64,000 bases of DNA from Alkalispirochaeta sp. (lineage in GTDB: Bacteria > Spirochaetota > Spirochaetia > DSM-27196 > Alkalispirochaetaceae): assembly GCA_965242725.1 (NCBI GenBank), contig CBDESZ010000016.1:267353-331352 (forward strand), read 5' to 3'. The first letter of the stretch is position 1. Each line of letters opens with the position of its first letter. The notes beneath the pieces are model-generated. The model had not been told where the DNA came from. It saw only the letters and a list, made by a program, of their open reading frames with translations, and ran no database searches. This document shows, one piece after another, positions 57,734 to 64,000 of this stretch. Position numbers and translations under genes: made by a program.

Positions 57734-60700
57734 TCACCGCAGGATGGGGAGATGCACCGCAGGAATGCGCTCCGTTGCTCCCCCGAGTAAATTGATGTAA
57801 TAGCGGACCTTCCGTTGGTCCGCCTCTCCGGTGTGAGGGAGTCGAAGAGAAACCCCGCCTGAGAGACGCAGCCGGATGGTGTTGAAGTAGAGGTCTCCCG
57901 CGAGCTCGGCCCCGAAAACGGTAAAATTGTCCGGGGTAAAGAGAGAATCGGTGATCTCTTCACCACTTTCGGTGGTGCTATTGATACGCCCCACACCGCC
58001 TGGTTGTTGAACAAAGAGAGAGAGTGCCGATCCGCTTGAGGCAAGCCCGCGCCACGCCCCGTCGTAGGGACCGAGATCCACGATTATCGACGCGCCGGCG
58101 AGTACGGCATTTCCCGTCTCCGTAATTCCCCCAACCCCTGTCGGATCGAAGCCACCGCCGGCGACGGGAAGATCCGCCCCGGCGTTTCCATATCGACGAA
58201 ACGCGTGTACGACGGCGGGTTGTACGTACAGCCGCGTATTGGGTATCCACAATCGTGTTGCGACGCGATTGATCGAAACGACTTCCATATCCCCTTCGTC
58301 TCCGTCGCTTGAGAGCGGATACTCCACGACGAGTTGTGAGGTCGCCTCCCGGAGAGTCCCGCCGTAGAAATGACCCGGTGCGCCGTCGTCCTGAGAGAAG
58401 AGGCGCAGGGCGCCGCCCGGAGCGAGAGAGGTTCGGTTGTCCATTTCCGTGTGACGATACGTCGTGGCGAGCGCGCCGACGACGCCGGATTGTCCGTCTA
58501 TCGCGCGCCGGTAGAGAAGGGGGCGCTGCACGGCGAACGTGAGGTCGTTCCGGAGATGGACGTCGTCGGCGGGCTCGCGTGTCGCCGAGAGCGTCCATGT
58601 GGTCGAGCCGGGGCGGAAGGTGTATGAAAGGGCGCCCGTGACGTCGCCGTTTGTCTCATTGTAGGTCGCCGTGGCGTCCAGGATGTGACGGGAGAGGTTG
58701 CTCGCCGCGAGAAGGTAGAGGCCTACATCCGCCGAGGAGGGTTCATCACTGCCCCCCCGGAAGGACGCGACGGGAAACCAGAAGACCGGCCGCATGACGT
58801 CGCGGTACGGGCGGGTCTCCCCGACGGATGATTGCCGGTCCGTAGTACCGGGCTGCGGGAGCACCGGATGCGGGGTTGCCGGCTGTGCCGTATATACCCT
58901 CGTCTCCGACGCGGGAGGGCGCTCCCCCTCGCGATATGGCTGCGTCCGCAGGGAGTATCCATTGTTGCGATAGCTGCCGTAAATGACCTCACCATCCGTC
59001 GAGAGAAGACCCGCGTACGCGCCGATACGGTCTTCCAGGATGACCGTACCGTGATAGCGCCGGGGTTCGCCGGTCGCACCGGGATCGTCCGGGCCATTCC
59101 GCGCCGCCGACGGAAGAATTGTGACTTCCTTCAGGACGAGTCGCCCCTCGGCACCGTCGCTTCCGTAGAAGAGGCGGTACCCCTCCTGTCTACCGCCGGT
59201 TGTCCCGGCGTCGCCGGGGCGGACAAAACGCGGATCGTATTCATTTTCTTCGGGATCGCCCGCGACGGCGACAATCCCGCCCGTTGCCGCATCGATAATG
59301 ACGAAGTCCTGGCCGGTCCGATCATTCTGAACGACTGCGATAAGACGGCCGTCGTGTGAAAAGTGCGGCGCATGAAGGCGTGCCTCCGCCGGTGTGTAGA
59401 GCGGCGTGACAGCGCCGTCGCCGAGGGATACCTCCACCAGTTCCATATAACTTCCCCGGCGCCGGAGCGCCACGAGGCTCCCGCCGTCGGGAGAGAGAGC
59501 CGGGTGAAGATACTGTCCCCCTTCCGTGAGGCGACGGGGCGTCAGTGTTCGCGGCGGCTCGGCGAGAACGCGGCCCGCGGGAGCCGTCGCTCCGACCTTT
59601 TCACGTGACAATGGAACGACATAGAGGTCCGACCACGACGTGTTGCCGCCCCGGCCGGTGTAATCGGGGACGGTTACGGCGACGACCAGGCGGGTGAGGG
59701 CGCGATCAACGGTTATGGAACGTTCGTCGGTTGGCGAGAGGGCGAGGAGCCGCACCGGCGCGCCCGCGCCCGACGGAAAGAGGTAGAGCGCTCCGGGAGT
59801 GCGGGAGCCCTCCATCCACGCGACGATGCCGTGGTCCGTCGCGTCGACGAGGTGCCAGTCGGCGGGGATATCCGTCGGAGTCAGGCTTGAGCCTTCGGGC
59901 AGGGTAAAACGCTCCGCGGAACGAAGTTCAATTTCATGAACCATGTTCCGGAAGAGCTCGGGACCGGTAATACCTGTTGTGCGGCGAATCGCACGGCGCA
60001 TGCCGAGGAAGGGGAGGTCCATGAAGGTGTCGTTCAGTGCGTGCCACCCGGCGGCGCCGTATGTGCGGTGTATGTAGTCGGTCAGAAGGTACCCCGCGGA
60101 GTAGATCCGTCCCGTCGGTGGGAGGGGCGGCGCGTAGCCCGCCTCGTCGTAGTCGTACATCGTCCCTTCCATGACGGGGGCGAGCCACGTCATTTCGAAG
60201 AACGGATTGGAGCCGCGACCGCTTTGGGTGAGGACGCTTTCGCCGTGGACGGTGGGTCCTTCCACCATCCACCCGGGCATGAAGAGATAACTTCCCGCGG
60301 CCGCGAGGGGGCCGAAGATGCGGGAGGCGACGCCGAAAAAGCCCCGCGGACGGGTGAGGTGGAGGTAGTGGATCAGTTCATGGGTGAAGACGAGTTTCAT
60401 CCACGAGTCGCTGCCGGAGGCGAGGTCGTAGCGTGACGGTGCGGAGACAAAGAGTTCGATATGGGGCGGGAGGGGCGTAAAAAAGCCGTTGGCGTACGCC
60501 GTCCGACCGCGCAGGACCACCGGAATTCGTTCGGAGGGGGTGTAGCCCATATACGCCGTGACGCTGCGGGCGACCTCCGGGGCGAGGGCGGCAATTTCCG
60601 CCGCGGCGACGGCGGCGCCGGGATCTTCGGGTCGGAAAATGATGCGGAAGCGGACCGCCTCGGCGGCGGCAGCGCAGGTCGGGACTCCAGCTCCCGCCGC

Positions 60701-60919
60701 ATCGTCGGCGAACCTCCCGGTCCGTCCGACATCGACGTCCCTGTAGAACCACCCTTCAGGTGCCGCGGTCCGGGTCCCCTCCACCTGTGCGCCCGCTTCC
60801 TTCGTCCCTTCTTCCTGTGCGGCGAGGAACGCCGGGGGGGCGATCGCGACAAAAGCGACGAGGGCGACGAGGGCGATGATGGATATCGGGTCGGTACGGT
60901 GCCGCCGGTTTTTCTTCAC
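57734..60919 (-). CDS. Large exported protein: HExxH metallopeptidase-like domain, TolB-like propeller, beta-rich C-terminus
   Basis: Signal peptide; 'ANGF', 'FTHELIHY', 'PGWMVEG'; 'PALSPDG', 'PHFSHDG'. Confidence 0.65.
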   Translation of the reverse strand: MKKNRRHRTDPISIIALVALVAFVAIAPPAFLAAQEEGTKEAGAQVEGTRTAAPEGWFYRDVDVGRTGRFADDAAGAGVPTCAAAAEAVRFRIIFRPEDPGAAVAAAEIAALAPEVARSVTAYMGYTPSERIPVVLRGRTAYANGFFTPLPPHIELFVSAPSRYDLASGSDSWMKLVFTHELIHYLHLTRPRGFFGVASRIFGPLAAAGSYLFMPGWMVEGPTVHGESVLTQSGRGSNPFFEMTWLAPVMEGTMYDYDEAGYAPPLPPTGRIYSAGYLLTDYIHRTYGAAGWHALNDTFMDLPFLGMRRAIRRTTGITGPELFRNMVHEIELRSAERFTLPEGSSLTPTDIPADWHLVDATDHGIVAWMEGSRTPGALYLFPSGAGAPVRLLALSPTDERSITVDRALTRLVVAVTVPDYTGRGGNTSWSDLYVVPLSREKVGATAPAGRVLAEPPRTLTPRRLTEGGQYLHPALSPDGGSLVALRRRGSYMELVEVSLGDGAVTPLYTPAEARLHAPHFSHDGRLIAVVQNDRTGQDFVIIDAATGGIVAVAGDPEENEYDPRFVRPGDAGTTGGRQEGYRLFYGSDGAEGRLVLKEVTILPSAARNGPDDPGATGEPRRYHGTVILEDRIGAYAGLLSTDGEVIYGSYRNNGYSLRTQPYREGERPPASETRVYTAQPATPHPVLPQPGTTDRQSSVGETRPYRDVMRPVFWFPVASFRGGSDEPSSADVGLYLLAASNLSRHILDATATYNETNGDVTGALSYTFRPGSTTWTLSATREPADDVHLRNDLTFAVQRPLLYRRAIDGQSGVVGALATTYRHTEMDNRTSLAPGGALRLFSQDDGAPGHFYGGTLREATSQLVVEYPLSSDGDEGDMEVVSINRVATRLWIPNTRLYVQPAVVHAFRRYGNAGADLPVAGGGFDPTGVGGITETGNAVLAGASIIVDLGPYDGAWRGLASSGSALSLFVQQPGGVGRINSTTESGEEITDSLFTPDNFTVFGAELAGDLYFNTIRLRLSGGVSLRLPHTGEADQRKVRYYINLLGGATERIPAVHLPILR

Positions 60920-60930
60920 CGGCAGCTATC

Positions 60931-61242
60931 TTACACCTCCAGCCCCTGGACCGCAAAGAATCGGATGCCTTCGTCGGGAAAGTCGGCGCGGAGCGCTTCC
61001 GTTTCCCGCTTCAGCACCCCCGCATCCTCGAGGGAGACGTATGTGATGTAGACGAAGTTTTCTTCGGGCCAGACGTGGTCACCCCGTCGCAATCCCGCGC
61101 CGCCTGCTCCGTGCACCTCGGGAAAGAGGGTGTAATGTGTCCCGACCCCTGCCGCCCGGAGGCGTTCAAAGAAGTCTTCCTGTACGGATCGGTTTGCGAT
61201 GACTTCGACCCGTACGGTCGGTGTCTTTGCGGCGTCACTCAT
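60931..61242 (-). CDS. P-II-like transporter-associated protein (PG0541-like)
   Basis: GGGAGG SD; 'EVIANRSVQED', 'YTLFPEVHGAG..G.RRGDHVWPEEN'; overlaps the RND stop. Confidence 0.75.
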   Translation of the reverse strand: MSDAAKTPTVRVEVIANRSVQEDFFERLRAAGVGTHYTLFPEVHGAGGAGLRRGDHVWPEENFVYITYVSLEDAGVLKRETEALRADFPDEGIRFFAVQGLEV

Positions 61243-64000
61243 CTTTTCCCTCCCCGTTGTGTGCACTCTCGTCGGCAGCGGACGCGGGTGCGCCGGCAGC
61301 GGTGGTGTCGGACGCGGGTGCGCCGGCAGCGACACCGCCCTTCTGCCGTTTCTGCGCCTGCTTTTCCTCCCACCTGCGATGACGTTCAATGCGGCGATCC
61401 CTCCGCTTTCGCCTGCGGGCGAGCCGTTTCTCGCTCATTCGATTAAATATGGCGTAGATCACCGGAATGAGATAAAGAGTAAGGAAGGTCGCCACCGTCA
61501 GACCGCCGACGACGGTCTTGGCGATGGGCTGTACCAGCGTTGAGCCTTCACCGGCGGCAAATGCGACGGGTGTGAGGCCGAGGACGGTGGTGAGGGTGGT
61601 CATGAGTATCGGCCGGAGGCGGTTCCCCGCCGCCTCAACACAGGCGTCGGTGATAGAGAGGCCCCGTTTGCGCAGCAGGTTTGTGTAGTCCACCAGAACG
61701 ATTCCGTTATTGACGACGATACCGACAAGTACGACGAGCCCCACCGCGGTGAAGAGACTGAAGTTGGTTGCCGTCGAGACGTAGAGAATGATCACCCCGA
61801 TGAGGGTCAGCGGTACGGTGAAGAGGATGATAAATGGATCGAGGAAGGACTCAAACTGACTTGCCATGACGCCGAAGACGAGAAAGATCGATATGACAAG
61901 CACGTATATGAAGGTGAGGCCGTACTCCTGGAGATCCTCAAAATCACCACCGTAGGTGATTACAAGTTCATCGTTGGCGGGAATCCGCTCCTGAATGAGC
62001 CGCTGTATTTCCGGCATCACCACGTTGATCGTCTCGCCCGGCGCCAGGCCGGCGGTTATGGAGACGGTACGGCTCTGGTTTTCCCTGTTGATGCTCACCG
62101 GCCCCGTCGTCCGCTGGACGTGGGCGATGCTTGAAAGGGGAATACGCTGGCCAAACTGGCTGTTAATGAAGATTTTCTGGAGGTCCGGAATTTCGTTGCG
62201 GCTCCGTTCTTCAAGGAGGAGGAGAATATCCCGTTCCGATCCCCCTTCGCGGAACTGTCCCGCCGTGATGCCGTCGATGTTGGCCCGAACCTCCTGTCCG
62301 ATGGTGGAGATATTGAGGCCAAGCTGATACGCCTTCTGGCGGTCAATGACGATTTCAACCTCCGGCAGCCCTTCGGCGAGGTCCGTCTGCGGTTCCGTTG
62401 CGCCGGGAACCTCCGTCTCGATCAGCTCAACGATCCGCTCGGCGGTTGTGCGCATGAGATCACGGTCTTCGCTGCGCAGGGTGATTTCAACCGGTGAGGC
62501 GTTGAAACCGCCGCCTCCGCCGGTATCGCCGAAGGAAAAGACCGCACCGGGAAAGTTGTCAAAGCGGCTGCGGAGGATCTCCTGAATTTCTTCGGCAGTC
62601 TCCACCCGCAGGTCGTATTCCGGGAGCATCACCGTCAGGGTACCCTTGCTCGTGTCCGACGCACCCATGAAGCCGAAAAACGCCGGCTCTCCCGCCTGAA
62701 TGATGATGTCCCGATAGACCGAGACCTCCTCCTCGACGATCGCCTCCATCTGGCGCAGTACCGACCGCGTCACGTCCAGTTTGGTACCGATCGGCATTTC
62801 AAGGTTGAGCTGGACGGCGTCGGACTCCTCCTCGGGGGTAAACTCAAATCCCGTCATGGGTATCATGAAGAGGCTTCCCACAAATGCGCCAAGGACGAGA
62901 ACGATGACAAGCCACTTGTGGCGCAGGGAGAAGGCGAGGCTTCGCTTGTATCCGTTGTCCAGGCCGGTGAACATCCCCGCCATACGGTCGTCCACCCAGC
63001 GGAGGACGCCCCGGAGGGGGCGCTGTTTGCGGGAGTGAATGGGAAAGTAGCGGCTCGTCAGTACGGGTATGAGAAAGACCGCCACCGCCAGCGAGCTGAG
63101 CAGGCTGATAACGACGGTAAAGGCGAGGGCGCTGAAGAGCTCGCCGATCACCTCCAGCTGGGAGCGAAAGATTGCCAGCGGAACAAAGACGAAGACCGTC
63201 GTGAGTGTTGAGGCGGTAATGGCGGTGATCATTTCCTGGCTTCCCAGAATCGCCGACGAGGTCAGTTTGGCGCCCTTTTCGCGATAGCGGAAGATGTTCT
63301 CCAGAATGACGATGCTGTTTGTCCACGAGCATGCCGATGCCCAGGGCGAGACCGGTGAGGGTCATCAGGTTGAGGGTCAGTCCGGCAAAGAACATGAACA
63401 TCAGCGTGACGATTATGGAAACGGGAATGGAAATGGCGATAATGAGCGTCGTCTTCAGGCTTCTCAGGAAGAAAAAGAGAATAAGCACCGCCAGGAGACC
63501 ACCGGTAATGGCGGAGCTTGAGACGTCGGCGAGGCTGTCGCGGATGAACGTGGTCGTGTCCATGATGACGTTGAGCTCCACCCCGACGGGCAGCGCCTCG
63601 TTAATGCGTTCGATCCGGGCCAGAACGTTGTCCGCAACCCGCACCGAGTTGGTGCCCGCTCTGTTTCTGGACGATCACGAAGACGCCGGGCTGACCGTTG
63701 ATATACACGGCGTTCGACTCGTCGCGGTAGCCGTCATAGACGTTGGCGATGTCCCGCAGGCGGACGGCGGCGGTGCGGCCTGCCGGCGCGCCAAGGGCCG
63801 CCGCGGCACCGCTTCCGCCGCCGCGATAGGTGATGACGGTGTTGCGGATCTGCTCAATCGACTGAAACTCTCCCGCCGTCCTGACCAGGTAGGTCCGGTT
63901 GCCCTCGTCGATATTTCCCGCCGAGAGCTGGACGTTGTTTGCCCGCAGGGCACCTGCAATCTGGGTGAAGTTGAGGCCGTACGCCTCCAGGCGGTTCTGG
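61235..64000 (-). CDS. AcrB/AcrD/AcrF family RND permease (5' end outside window; several frameshifts)
   Basis: 'LNLMTLTGLALGIGMLVD', 'GIVVNNGIVLVD', 'RLRPILMTTLTT'; frame breaks near 63320 and 63660-63890. Confidence 0.9.
61280..61331. repeat. Short direct repeat, 30-bp period
   Basis: GGACGCGGGTGCGCCGGCAGCG twice, encoding AAGAPAS in the RND C-terminal tail. Confidence 0.85.

Noticed and set aside
63300..63900. Broken RND gene as a pseudogene
   Set aside because: Same clustered small-indel pattern, and the protein reads continuously across frames; more likely assembly error

Overview
GC-rich bacterial chromosome segment. The gene content points to a free-living spirochaete (inference): spirochaete-style lipoproteins, a FecR/CHASE2 locus, NusG-II with ApbE, and a P-II-like gene beside an RND pump. 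It carries about 50 protein genes; I saw no rRNA, tRNA, CRISPR array or transposase. Main blocks in order: iron-siderophore binding protein (partial), SDR, EamA, acyl-CoA dehydrogenase, OPT transporter; a NadR-like/NfeD/2xSPFH/CBS-pyrophosphatase run divergent from ROK-ppx-ppk1; a phytol-kinase-DUF92 fusion, NYN-LOTUS, NusG-II, ApbE, sensor kinase, icd, MFS; a CHASE2 adenylate cyclase divergent from an SLH-like/beta-barrel/FecR/lipoprotein operon; an AT-richer AAA_14-DUF4143 gene; class II ribonucleotide reductase, Lhr, TetR-MBL-aminopeptidase, xth; a roughly 12.6 kb heavy-metal cluster (CopB-type ATPase, two-component system, CueP-like protein, DUF302, class I aldolase, ArsR-CadA); and a large exported protein, P-II-like gene and partial RND permease. 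Strongest signals: (1) a CGTMAY 11-bp-period repeat at three promoters, which places a metal-independent class I aldolase in a probable copper regulon; (2) a putative trans-envelope FecR/beta-barrel/CHASE2-cyclase system; (3) two inverted structured elements sharing a 32-nt core inside unrelated stems; (4) twin operators over the AAA-DUF4143 promoter; (5) pervasive leaderless gene starts. Frameshifts in three genes look largely like assembly errors. Family assignments come from motif recognition, not database searches.
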